Below are positions 1 through 10,597 of a stretch of 27,649 nucleotides of DNA, one piece after another (the first letter of the stretch is position 1; each line of letters begins with the position of its first letter). Source of the stretch: Ginkgo biloba (Eukaryota; Plantae; Ginkgophyta). Both the position numbers and the translations under genes were made by a program. Below the pieces are notes generated by a model. It saw nothing but the letters and a program-made list of their open reading frames with translations, had not been told where the DNA came from and made no database searches. The DNA lies in the NCBI GenBank assembly GCA_024626585.2, contig JANKJI020000004.1:67221108-67248756 (forward strand), read 5' to 3'.

Positions 1-477
1 CTATTAGGTGAGCATTTACTCTACAATGACTCCACCATTAATGTCTGTAGTGTTCATAGAAGCATTTCATCACCGACATCTCCTAAAAGTTTATCTTTAT
101 ATTTTGGTTAATTAACGCAAGTCGGTCTTGGCCTTCGTCGGTTTGGCCTGGCTTCTCTTTACCTTTACTTTTGCTTTATTGCCTTACATTAGTTCACTGT
201 TATTAGACAAGGTCTATTTGTCCTCTACTGATGTATGTCAATTTTCTGTCATCTAATGCTCATCAATTTATTTTTCCGCCAACGTCAGATTAGGCTTCCC
301 CGACAGATGTCAAATTCCTCCTTCACTGACGGCATCAATTTTGTCTCCACTTATGAAGTCAATTCTCTTTGGCTCAGCCAAAAATGTCGGTCCTTCCTTT
401 GTTGGCACTCATCAATTTTTCCCTAGATGACACTCGTTAACTAACCGATGTAGTGAGCACCGAATGCTCCTGCATCA
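1..477 (-). mobile_element. 5' part of a Ty3/gypsy-associated LTR (family A), minus strand, with a short 25-bp tandem array
   Basis: The reverse complement begins TGATGCAGGAGCATTCGGTGCTCACTAC, matching the LTR starts at 2089 and 4282. Positions 1-70 match 2970-3035 and 5110-5170 (CTATGAAC...CATTAATG...GTAAATGCTCACC). Confidence 0.8.
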
Positions 478-1623
478 ACCTTCTATAAGAAGGAGAAAAA
501 ATTCCAATTATAATTTGAATTCCAATGTTGACAATGTTCAAAGAAAGAAAATATTCACCATGAAGTGTATATTAGGAGATTCTACCTATAGTCTTATTAT
601 GGTCGGGGGAAGATGTGAGAGCATGGTATCAAAGGAGCTGGTTAANNNNNNNNNNNNNNNNNNNNNNNNNNNNNNNNNNNNNNNNNAGTTTAAGAAAGGG
701 GGTGAAATAGCAATTCAGGACTGTTGTTTGGTAACCATTTAATTAGAAAGTTAAAACAATGAGGTTTGGTATGATGTTGTTCCCATGGATGAATGCCATA
801 TTTTGTTAGGAAGTCCATGGAAATTTGATAGAGAAGCAATTCATGATGGATGTCAAAACATTTACACTATTGTAAAAGATGGAATGCATTTCACTCTTTG
901 ACTAGCCAAAGAATATGATGATGCACCCATTATTTTACCCATAAAGAAACTCATGATGGATGTTAGAGTAACCATCACATATTATGCATTAATCTCCAAA
1001 GAAGTAAACAATAAAAAGTCAACGAAGATACTAAGAGAAGTGACAATAATTTTAGAATAATTTAAGGATGTAACCCCAGAAGAACTTCTAGTAGGCTTAC
1101 CACCAAATAAGGGTATATCACATCAAATCAACCTTATTCTAGGATCAATCTTTCCAAATCATGCCACTTAAAAGTTAAGTTGAACTGAGAATGAAGAGAT
1201 GAACCAACAAGTATAATAGTTGCTTGAGAAAGAGTTTATCAAAGAAAGATTAAGTCCCTATGTGACTCTAGCTCTTTTAACTCCAAATAAATATGGTACA
1301 TAGAGGATGTGTGTTGACTCCAAAGAGATGAACCATATCATAATCAAGTACAGATTTCCCATGCCANNNNNNNNNNNNNNNNNNNNNNNNNNNNGACTAT
1401 TTGATGAGAGCATCACTCTTTTCCAAGACTAGCCTTCAAAATGGTTACTACCAGATTCAAATCCAAGGAGATGAATGGAAGATAGCATTTAAGATAAGGG
1501 AAGGCTTCTATGAGTGGAGAGTAATTCCCTTTGGTTTTATAGGAGCACCCAACACTTTCATGATGTTGATGAACATCATTCTGAAGTCACTTATTAGTAA
1601 GAGTGTTGTGTTTTACTTAGATG
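478..1623 (+). pseudogene. Degenerate Ty3/gypsy pol fragment (CRM-like chromovirus aspartic protease + N-terminal reverse transcriptase)
   Basis: Protease region: QRKKIFTMKC...SLIMVGGRCESMVSKELV and VWYDVVPMDECHILLGSPWKFDREAIHDG. RT region: GLPPNKGISHQINL, RMCVDS...KYRFPMP and GDEWKIAFKIREGFYEWRVIPFG...VVFYLD. Many in-frame stops. Confidence 0.9.
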
Positions 1624-1723
1624 NNNNNNNNNNNNNNNNNNNNNNNNNNNNNNNNNNNNNNNNNNNNNNNNNNNNNNNNNNNNNNNNNNNNNNNNNNNNN
1701 NNNNNNNNNNNNNNNNNNNNNNN

Positions 1724-2088
1724 CCACTTGCTTGATCTCTTCTCGTTCACCAATTTGGTAGCATTTCACCACTCTCTCCAAAATTCTCCTCATCAAAATG
1801 ACTCCTACCATCTCTATGTATAAGCTTGGATCCAACGGATACATTAGTATGGCATCCAATGATTCTTGCAGCCTCAATGGCTTTGTCAGGTGAGAAATTA
1901 CTCTACAAAGACTATGCCATTAATAGTTGCCATGTTCGTAGGCATGCCCTCCATCAATTTCCTCCAAATGCCTGCCTGTGCATTTTACACTTTTACCTGC
2001 ATTCATCATTTTTTTGCATGCTCTGAGGTGCGTCTATTCACTCATCTCTTAGTTAAGTGATTTATCCTTTTATTCACTTAAGTCATTT
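1724..2088 (-). mobile_element. Older related LTR fragment (host of the solo LTR), left part
   Basis: The reverse complement contains GCCATTGAGGCTGCAAGAAT...TCCGTTGGATCCAAGCTTATA, similar to 3055-3105 (GCCATTGAGTGCAGGAAT...TCCGTTGGATCTGAACCTATA). Confidence 0.6.
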
Positions 2089-3978
2089 TGATGTAGGAGC
2101 ATCCAACGCTCACTATGTTGGATGACCGACGGGCGTCGACCAAAGGAAAAATTGATGCTATTGATANNNNNNNNNNNNNNNNNNNNNNNNNNNNNNNNNN
2201 NNNNNNNNNNNNNNNNNGTGGAGGAGAAAATTGACCTCATTGGTGGAAGACAAAACTAACGCTATTGGTGGAGGAGAAAATTGACCTCGTCGGTGGAAGA
2301 TAAAACTGATGCCGTCAGTGGAGGAGAAAACTGACATCATGGGTGCAAGGAAAAAATTGACATCGGCGATGGAAGGAGAAAACTGACCTCATTAGTGGAA
2401 GACAAAACTAACACCATTGATGGAGGAGAAAATCGACACTGTTAGTGGAAGGAAAAACTGACGTCGTCAGTGGAAGACAGAATCAACCCCATTGGTGGAA
2501 GGAAAAATTGACACCGTTAATGGAAGGAGAAAATTGACCTCGTCAATGGGAAATAAAATCAACGCCATCGGTGAACTAGAGGACCAAAATCGTTAGTGGA
2601 GCAGTAAAATGACACCATCGTTGAGGCATTAAATTGACTTTGTTAGTGAAGGAGGAATCTAAAATTCATTGGTGAAGCAGTTGGTTGACTTCATCAGAGA
2701 AGGATGAGTCTGACATCCGTCGGTGAAGCAAAGATCGATGATGTCGGTAGAGTAGTGAACTAACATGCATCAAAGGAGGACCAATAGACCTCGTCAGATA
2801 ATAGCAAAATCAATGTGAGGTAGCAAGGCTAAGGNNNNNNNNNNNNNNNNNNNNNNNNNNNNNNNNNNNNNNNNNNNNNNNNNNNNNNNNNNNNNNNNNN
2901 NNNNNNNNNNNNNNNNNNNNNNNNNNNNNNNNNNCGTTGGTGAGCCAAGCCAGAGATAGGCACTTGAAGCAACCCCTATGAACGTTGCAGTCATTAATGA
3001 CAGAGCCATTGCAGAAGTAAATGCTCACCAAAAAAATTCGTTGAGGTTACAAAGAGCCATTGAGTGCAGGAATAAGAGATCCGTTGGATCTGAACCTATA
3101 AGTATAATAGGAAGGAAGTCATTTAGCAAGGAAGGGAGAAAGGGAGAGAGAGAAATGAAGTGTTACTGATTTGAAGAGCGATTGGGAGAAGAGTTGAGAA
3201 TTGATAACTTAGAAAAGAGTTCACAGTGGAAAATATATAATTAACAGTTTAGAGGAAGCATAGTGAGAAGTATTTGCTAAGCTAGACGCTGAGGGAGGTA
3301 GCTCGTGAGTGTTAAGATCCATTCCGGTGGTGTTGCACCATTGAGTTTTCATGTGCAAAGTTTGAACCATGAATTATAGAGTTGTGAGGCTATTCTATAA
3401 CTCTAGTGGGCAATCTTATAGTTCATGGGCCATGACTATTATGTAAAGTTGGCTATGCATGTAAGGACAGTGGCCCAGGATAGTATTTTGGCTAATAAAC
3501 CTAGAGTTTTATTCCCTGAGAGGGTTTCTCTAGTTAAAAATGTATTGTGTCACTATGCTAGTTTGCTCAGGTGAATGATTTATTTAAGTTCAATCTTTTT
3601 ATGTCATGTTCGTAATTACCAGTGACACCTATGGGTAGTCAGTGAGCTGAAGACCAATGAGCAGAGTTGAGTTCACCGACGTCGTCAGCGTGGGCAACTC
3701 CTTTAAAAAGATCCTAGAAGGAAGGTGAGGGGGACAACAATGGTCAGTGTGAGAAGAGTTCATTAACTTCCATTGGTCAGGGACTCCATTGGTGGCAGTT
3801 GGCACCACTGACAACCGAATTGGGTTCCCATCGACACTCGTCGGCCATCGACTAACGTTGGGTGGAATCCTGACACATAGTTGATCAGATTCATGAAGTG
3901 AAGAAATTTCTTTCTTTTGGTGGCCACCAATGTCGTTGATTAGTGACACGCACACACACACCCCCCTTGCATGCATCA
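2089..3978 (+). mobile_element. Solo LTR (family A), ~1.9 kb including N gaps, with 5-bp target-site duplication
   Basis: Termini are TGATGTA...TGCATCA (inverted). Flanks are CATTT (2084-2088) and TATTT (3979-3983). No PBS follows the end. A TATA-like CCTATAAGTATA lies at ~3094. It is collinear with the 4282 copy across its internal gap. Confidence 0.85.
2140..2800 (+). repeat. 25-bp tandem array inside the solo LTR (unit ~GACCTCGTCGGTGGAGGAGAAAATT), partly A/B dimeric
   Basis: Register positions 2233, 2258 and 2283 give a 25-bp period. GGAGAAAATTGACCTC and AGACAAAACTAACGC variants alternate. Confidence 0.9.
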
Positions 3979-3983
3979 TATTT

Positions 3984-4141
3984 GATCAAATTCCTATTTG
4001 ATTTTGGTCCACTGACTCATGTTGGTTGTCTGTCATCCGATGAGGTTTGTCTACCTCTCACCAACACATGTCTAGTATCGGCCTCTGAGTGCATGATTTA
4101 ATCTTTTCTTTCTTCTGGCACCCTCCTGGCTCCCGACCTCA
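3984..4141 (-). mobile_element. Continuation of the older host LTR fragment on the right of the solo LTR
   Basis: The reverse complement contains ACCAACATGAGTCAGTGGACCA, similar to ACCAACTTGCGTCAGTGAACCA at ~5042. Confidence 0.5.
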
Positions 4142-4241
4142 NNNNNNNNNNNNNNNNNNNNNNNNNNNNNNNNNNNNNNNNNNNNNNNNNNNNNNNNNNN
4201 NNNNNNNNNNNNNNNNNNNNNNNNNNNNNNNNNNNNNNNNN

Positions 4242-4281
4242 AGCCAGAGCAACTTATTTCTCTAAGATCGACCTGAAAATT
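4242..4281 (+). pseudogene. Tiny Ty3/gypsy RT fragment (ARATYFSKIDLK) cut by an LTR insertion
   Basis: GCC AGA GCA ACT TAT TTC TCT AAG ATC GAC CTG AAA encodes the gypsy RT motif (G)A-x-YFSKIDL-K/R-SGY. The LTR start TGATACAGG follows immediately. Confidence 0.7.
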
Positions 4282-5283
4282 TGATACAGGAGCATCTGAC
4301 GTTCACTATGCTGGGTGATCGACACTGTCAGTGGGAAGTAGGACTAATGTCGTCGATGGAGAGAAGAAATGGCACCATCGGTGGGAAGAAGGACTGACAC
4401 CATCGGTGGAGAGCAGAACCTACGTCATCAGTAGAGAAGCAAACTGACCTCATCAGTAGAGAAGCAAATCGACCTGGTCTGTGAAGAAGTAAACTGACCT
4501 AGTTAGTGGAGGAGTAAACTAACCTCGTTAGTGGAGGAGCAAATCGACCTTATCAGTGGAAGAGAAAATTGACCTCGTCAGTGGAGAAGAAAATTGACCT
4601 CGTCAGTGAAGCAGAAAATAGACCTCGTCGGTGGAGGATAAAATCAACCTCGTTGGTGGAGAAGAAAATCAACCTCGTCGGTGAAGGAGAAAACTGACCT
4701 CATCGGTGGAGAAGAAAACTGACATTGAACATTGTCGATGGAGAAAAGGATCGACATCGTTGGTGGAGTAGAGGAACGACACCGTCATTAGATCAAAAGA
4801 TCGATATCGTCGACGAGGTAGCAAACCAACTTCGTCGGTGAAAGAGAAGCCCAACATTCGTCTCCCAGCCAGGGAGTGGACCTTGTTGGTGATGAGAGAA
4901 TCTGACATACATTGGGGAGGCAGGGACTAATAACGTCGATCAAGCGATGGACCAATAGGCCCATTGGAGGAGTGCAAATNNNNNNNNNNAGGTGGCCATG
5001 TAGAGACAAATTGATGATAATCCATACCGATAAATGCCAAGACCAACTTGCGTCAGTGAACCAGACCATCAAGGCAGACATGGAGAAGGATGTTGAAGGA
5101 AGGAAGAACCCCTATGAGCATGCAGACATTAATGAATGAGCCATTATAGAAGTTGAGGCTCACCAAATAGACCCATTGGGGCAGAAAGAGCCATTCAGTG
5201 CAGGAATAAGAGATCCATTGGATCTAAAGCTATAAGTATACCTCACAGGAAGTCATTTGGGGAAGAGATCAGAGTAACAAAGT
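4282..5283 (+). mobile_element. Third family-A LTR copy (5' ~1 kb, truncated by a gap)
   Basis: It starts TGATACAGGAGCATCTGACGTTCACTATG. It shares the array and downstream blocks (GAGCCATT...GTGCAGGAATAAGAGATCC.TTGGATCT...CTATAAGTATA) with 2089-3130. Confidence 0.85.
4320..4860 (+). repeat. 25-bp tandem array (~21 units; consensus GACCTCGTCAGTGGAGAAGAAAATT)
   Basis: GACCTC recurs at 4571, 4596 and 4621; the units degrade toward both ends. Confidence 0.92.
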
Positions 5284-5383
5284 NNNNNNNNNNNNNNNNN
5301 NNNNNNNNNNNNNNNNNNNNNNNNNNNNNNNNNNNNNNNNNNNNNNNNNNNNNNNNNNNNNNNNNNNNNNNNNNNNNNNNNNN

Positions 5384-6384
5384 TGCTGGAAGGTATGCTG
5401 TACTCTGTCGATTCTTCCATAAAAATTATGTGGAAACTGCCCTCGACCCCTACCTGAATACTGACTTCCTCCTCCTCTGGTCAATTGATAACTATTTGAA
5501 TACTATCTATGAGACTCTACGGCCACAATCTGACTTTTATCTCTCTAATGATCAACTCTTCTTTTTTGCCTCTAACTCCATGGATTGCCATTTTTGACAT
5601 GAGGTATCTTTCTTGACTGTCAGGCTAGCTTCTCTTCTGCTCTTAGCGCCAATTGGTATGCCTTGTCCAAACCATCTATAGACTGTATTGCCAATTTATC
5701 CTAAATTACATAACTTAATCCATTGACATACCTAGATACCAACTCTTCCTCTTCTTCTCTTCAACCACTATAGATGGATAGTCTGAAGAACTCATTCGTG
5801 TACTCTTCCACCATCTTTTCCTTCTTCCTTAGGTTATGAAACTCTTTAAACAACTGTTGACTGTGATCTGACAGTAGGAATTTTCCCTTTACCATTTCCA
5901 CCATATCCTACCATGCAACCACCTTCTCTCCCCTCTTCTACAAGCATTCTCACCATCTAGCAGCATGTCCTTTTAGCCTTGTGCACATGAATTTTACTTG
6001 ACAGGGATCTTCAATTTCTTGCTACTCAAAGTATTTTTCCATATCACCAACCCAATCTAAGAGATCTTTAGGATTTAAACTACCTCCAAAGCACTATGCT
6101 TTGACTTTGGCTCTTCCTCTAGATCTCCCAGTCTACCTTGAGGGTCCAGCCTCCTCACTATCAGGTATTGGCTCAACCACCTTTTCTGCCTCTATTGTTG
6201 GATCTTTTCTCTAAGATTCTAGCTCATCGACCTTAGTCCCAATCTCTTCCACCTTGCCTCTCATATCAACAACCTTCATTCCCATTTCTTCCATTTTGCC
6301 TCTAATGTCTTCGACTCTTTTAACCAATGCTTCCATCATCTACATAAGGGCTTCACTCTGTCTAGGTTCTCTTTTTGGTGGCAT
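5384..6384 (-). pseudogene. Degenerate Ty3/gypsy gag (retrotransposon gag domain, CRM-like)
   Basis: MPPKREPR...MMEALVKRVED...CFGGSLNPKDLLDWVGDMEKYFE...RLKGHAARW...KGKFL...FHNLRK.EKMVEEYTNEFFRL, with stops; lies downstream of a PBS. Confidence 0.85.
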
Positions 6385-6432
6385 TTTGATGACAATTCTC
6401 TGTACACTAACTATCTACTTTTGAAATATACA

Positions 6433-6443
6433 CTCTGATACCA
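6433..6443 (-). other. Primer-binding site complementary to the tRNA-iMet 3' end (TGGTATCAGAG)
   Basis: CTCTGATACCA on the + strand, 1 nt from an LTR end ...TGCCA and ~50 bp upstream of the gag ATG. Confidence 0.85.
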
Positions 6444-6444
6444 C

Positions 6445-6562
6445 TGGCAATGGGGTTGGGTGCCTGGGTAGTTAGATAGCGATTAGAGGGGCTCATTCGC
6501 CACCAACGGGCGTCGGCAAGATGAGTCAAGTTAGATGTCAAAACCCAACTAGTCGACACTGA
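6445..6562 (-). mobile_element. 3' end of the 5' LTR of the minus-strand gag element
   Basis: Ends in CA adjacent to the PBS; cut by a 100-N gap. Confidence 0.6.
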
Positions 6563-7489
6563 NNNNNNNNNNNNNNNNNNNNNNNNNNNNNNNNNNNNNN
6601 NNNNNNNNNNNNNNNNNNNNNNNNNNNNNNNNNNNNNNNNNNNNNNNNNNNNNNNNNNNNNNTAAAAGTCTTGAAGAGACTTTGATAAGTGAAACAAGCC
6701 CTAGACTCATGAGATACAACCGCGTGTCTTAATATCGATTCCTCACATAATGTTATGAAAGGCCATTACCAAAGCACACTAGTCAAAGGGTATTAGATGA
6801 TACCACATGTCCTAATCATGTACACTTGCAGATACATAGGAAAAATGGGTAAAGGAGATGGTATGGCCAGAGGCAATGAACTCAAATGATGAGATTATAC
6901 CACGTGGTAAGACATAGTGAAATTCCCTCCCTCATGATAATTGAAAACTTTAGAGTGACTCTAGTGAGTAGTACAAGGTCTGAGTTTATGAGATATAACC
7001 ACGAATTTCAATCCTATGTATCTTTAAGGTAGTTCATTAGAGTATTTGAAGGTGAATTCAATCATCCAAAACCTTGTGAGACCTTGACTCCATGATATTG
7101 TGCCACGTGTAGGGATTATATTCAAACAAAGCCACTACATGCTCGAAATAGAGGCATTATTAATAGAGTGTNNNNNNNNNNNNNNNNNNNNNNNNNNNNN
7201 NNNNNNNNNNNNNNNNNNNNNNNNNNNAAAAAAATATAATATTTTAGATTAAGGGTGAATTTACTCATAGTCAAATTATTTCTAATGCAGAGATTTCCTA
7301 TAAGCTTTATCATAAGCCTTGGATTCTCACTATACATAGAGTTGCACATTAGTGGACATTTTGGTGTAATTATTTATCTCAAGTATGTAGAGGTTTGAAA
7401 TTAAACTCCAATGACCCTAAGGATCATTGTTTTTGAGATCCCTCTTGATTGTGAATTGTAGCTCATTGATGCACATTTTGGGAGGGAAC

Positions 7490-8181
7490 TCTTAGGTGAC
7501 AAAATTTGAAAAACTATAATGATATATATCATGAAGTAAAGAATGTAGAGAGCCTTTTTGTAGGTAAGAAAATGATAGAGGATGATGTGGTTTATATAGA
7601 GAACCTCTTGTCCCTCAAAGTCACTGGCTTACATAATATTGTTGTCAAACTAGGGGTCCTTCCTTATAAAGACCTCTTTACTAAAGATNNNNNNNNNNNN
7701 NNNNNNNNNNNNNNNNNNNNNNNNNNNNNNNNNNNNNNNNNNNNNNNNNNNNNNNNNGACTTATATAAAATGCCAAAGATCAATATGGTTTATGATGTAA
7801 AGGTAGTTAAGGCCTTTTTAAGGGAAAAGATATTGTGAAGATAATTATGAGGGATTAAACCTTGCATTATGACACCTTTAAAAAGATGACTAACTTGGAC
7901 TATACCATTTCACAATTCAGAAGGGAAGGCAAAATTAGGATGTTGTTATTGAACAAATTATATGGGGCTAGCAATACCAACCATGTGAACTAGTATTGGG
8001 GGAGATTACTCTAAATGAGAAAAATCCAGACCTCTTTGAAATTCTTTCCTTTAACATACATGTCAACTAGGGCATTGCCCGACAAGGAAATAACTTTTTC
8101 ATGGCTTCTTATATTATAGATACATGTTGTATTTTCTTAGAGTTTAACCATCCAATGTTTCCTACATGGACACACACATCA
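7490..8181 (+). pseudogene. Degenerate retrotransposon-associated accessory ORF of unknown function
   Basis: Frameshifted or stop-broken peptides LKVTGLHNIVVKLGVLPYKDL, DLYKMP, LLNKLYGAS and EILSFNI...FFMASYIIDTCC resemble the uncharacterised extra ORF of gymnosperm LTR elements (pattern recall, not a search). Confidence 0.5.
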
Positions 8182-8281
8182 NNNNNNNNNNNNNNNNNNN
8201 NNNNNNNNNNNNNNNNNNNNNNNNNNNNNNNNNNNNNNNNNNNNNNNNNNNNNNNNNNNNNNNNNNNNNNNNNNNNNNNNN

Positions 8282-9191
8282 TTTAAGTGAATGAAGAGTC
8301 ACCAAGGAAATATAACATGGATACACTATATTAGGACCATGCAGAAGGAATTACTCACACGAGGCAATATGAAATACGCATCTACCAGGCAGGTGAGACC
8401 AGAGGAAGAGGAGCTAAAGAGGAACATTACCATCATTAATGGCAGTTAATTTTTATCCTCATAATTCACCTAATTTGATTATTATAGTAGGAAAATGACA
8501 GAACCCAAGCACCTTTGAGCCGTTGAAGCTCAATTATAAAAGGTGAGCTTGTGAAAAAAGAAAGAGAGGAGGGAGAATTTTGTGAAGAGTGTCATTATGC
8601 TGTCAGATTATGAGTTGAGAGAAAGGATAGATCAATGCAAGATTGTGATTAGTGTGCTAAGGGAGTGAGTCTAGATCCCAGGATGGAAGCTAGGGAAATT
8701 GTTGGATGAGAAGTGACAAGTTCACAAGTCAAAATGCCCAAGCATCGCAAAGAATAGAGAAAGACTGGTGAAACAGTGAAGAGTGTGTGATCTCTCAACT
8801 AGCGTGATATAGATGTAAGCCTTGTGGCAATTTGTAACTACCTCTGAGAGCGAGGCTAGGCCATGGGCCATTTAATGCTTGTTTTAAAGCCTAAATATTT
8901 TGTGCTTAATTTACCCTAGAGTTTTATTCCCCATGAGGGTTTCTCCAATTCAAAACTCCTTCTATACTATTGTGTGATTGTATCTCTTTATATTTTTCTT
9001 AGTTATGTGTTTAACCTTCTCGTGGCATTGGTTTGCTTCCGTGAGAACTCAAACTCGTGACTTAACTCTATCTAGATCTTGTACTATGCAGGCCCTCAGG
9101 GTGCCCAACCATTAGCTGTCAGATTGTTGACTTTGTTGGTGGACTTATACCCATTATCTCTCATTGGTTTCTCCCTGACTGTCCCACGTTA
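8282..9191 (+). mobile_element. 5' LTR (partial) of the plus-strand gag element
   Basis: TATAAAA at ~8535, the conserved LTR motif CTAGAGTTTTATTCCCCATGAGGGTTTCTCC at 8916-8946, and an end 2 nt before a PBS. Confidence 0.7.
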
Positions 9192-9193
9192 GA

Positions 9194-9204
9194 TGGTATC
9201 AGAG
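9194..9204 (+). other. Primer-binding site (tRNA-iMet) TGGTATCAGAG
   Basis: Exact motif located between the LTR and the gag ATG at 9295. Confidence 0.85.
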
Positions 9205-9294
9205 AACAGAGATAGAGCTCAGAGCGTAGAGGCAGAATGAAAGGAAGACCCTAGTGACATTCCATCAATGTGAAGACCTAGAATAATAATCAAG

Positions 9295-10061
9295 ATGCTA
9301 CCAAGAAGAGCTATAAGACCATAGGAAGCCCTCCTATAGATGATGGAAGAATTGGTTAAGAGATTTGAGGATCTCAAGGGAAAAATTGAGAAAATTGGAA
9401 CTAAGGTTGGTGACTTAGAATCTTTGAGACAAGATTTGACACCCGTAACAAATCAAGAAGAACTAGCAAGTGAAGAGTTAGTGCCACAGGAACTAGATGT
9501 AGATATCATGCTAAGCAAGTTGTTGAGAAGTGACAAAGGAGGAATGAAGGTGGAAGTATCTTGCTTTGGGGGAAGTTTGAAGCCCAAAGATTTGCTAGAT
9601 TAGATAAAAAAAATGGAGAAGTTCTTCGATTGGGAGGAAGTAAGTGACCCCCAAAGAGTTAAGTTTGCCTATACAAAGTTGAGTGGACATGCTTCCGTGT
9701 GGTGGGATCATTTGCAAGTAGGCAGGATGCAGAAAGGTCAAGAGAAGGTTCATACATAGGAAGAGATGGTGCTAAAGTTGAAGGGAAAGTTCTTACCCTC
9801 AGATTACATCTAGAGATTATTTCAAGATTTTTAGAATCTTAGGCAAAGGGAGAGAAGTGTGTTAGAGTATACTAATGAGTTCTATAAGTTATCAATCTAT
9901 AGTAGGTAGGATGAGAATGAGGAGTAGGTGACCACTAGATATTTAAATGGCCTGAATTATGTCATCCAAGATGAGTTGACGGTGTAGTGCATGGTAACTA
10001 TGGATGAAGCTTATGAGTTAGCCTTGAGAGTGGAAGAAAAGTTGACCTGATAGTCTTGGAA
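9295..10061 (+). pseudogene. Degenerate Ty3/gypsy gag, paralogous to 5384-6384
   Basis: MLPRR...MMEELVKRFEDLKGKIEKIGTKV...KVEVSCFGGSLKPKDLLD*IKKMEKFF...TKLSGHASVWWDHLQ...LKGKFLPSDY...NLRQRERSVLEYTNEFYKL, with several TAG stops. Confidence 0.9.
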
Positions 10062-10597
10062 NNNNNNNNNNNNNNNNNNNNNNNNNNNNNNNNNNNNNNN
10101 NNNNNNNNNNNNNNNNNNNNNNNNNNNNNNNNNNNNNNNNNNNNNNNNNNNNNNNNNNNNNATCTCCTGGTGGCCCGATGGCCCAATATACACCATGTTC
10201 TATCTCCCTAGATCTTCATTATATTTAATAAGTGTTCAGGTCTATGGAGGTGGAGGTTCATAAGAAGGTATCCCTCCTTGGGGTCCCTGATCTTTGATTC
10301 TCGATGACCATTTACCTCTGACTTTTATAATGATGGCCTCAAAAATTATATTTGATAATGTCCTGAGGTCCGCATGGTTAGGATTTTTTTGATGCATCTA
10401 GGTGTGGCTAATTTAGAATCCCTAATTCTAGTTAATATTAATTTATAAACCTGTCAAGTCTGTGGCTTCATTCTATCACACCATATTTCTTGCACCGACC
10501 TCCAAGACCCTGACTCCTAATAAATCCATTTTAACACAAAGTCGGGTCTATAATTTTTATAACCTTTTTTTATTATTTAGGCATTGAGCCCCTTGGG

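Noticed and set aside
4320-4860. CRISPR-like appearance of the 25-bp arrays (also 2140-2800)
   Set aside because: Units are head-to-tail with no unique spacers and sit inside LTRs. There are no cas genes and the context is eukaryotic.
5384-10061. Head-to-head arrangement of two gag elements as one bidirectional element
   Set aside because: They are separated by two exactly-100-N joins (6563-6662, 8182-8281) of unknown size and orientation, so adjacency cannot be trusted.
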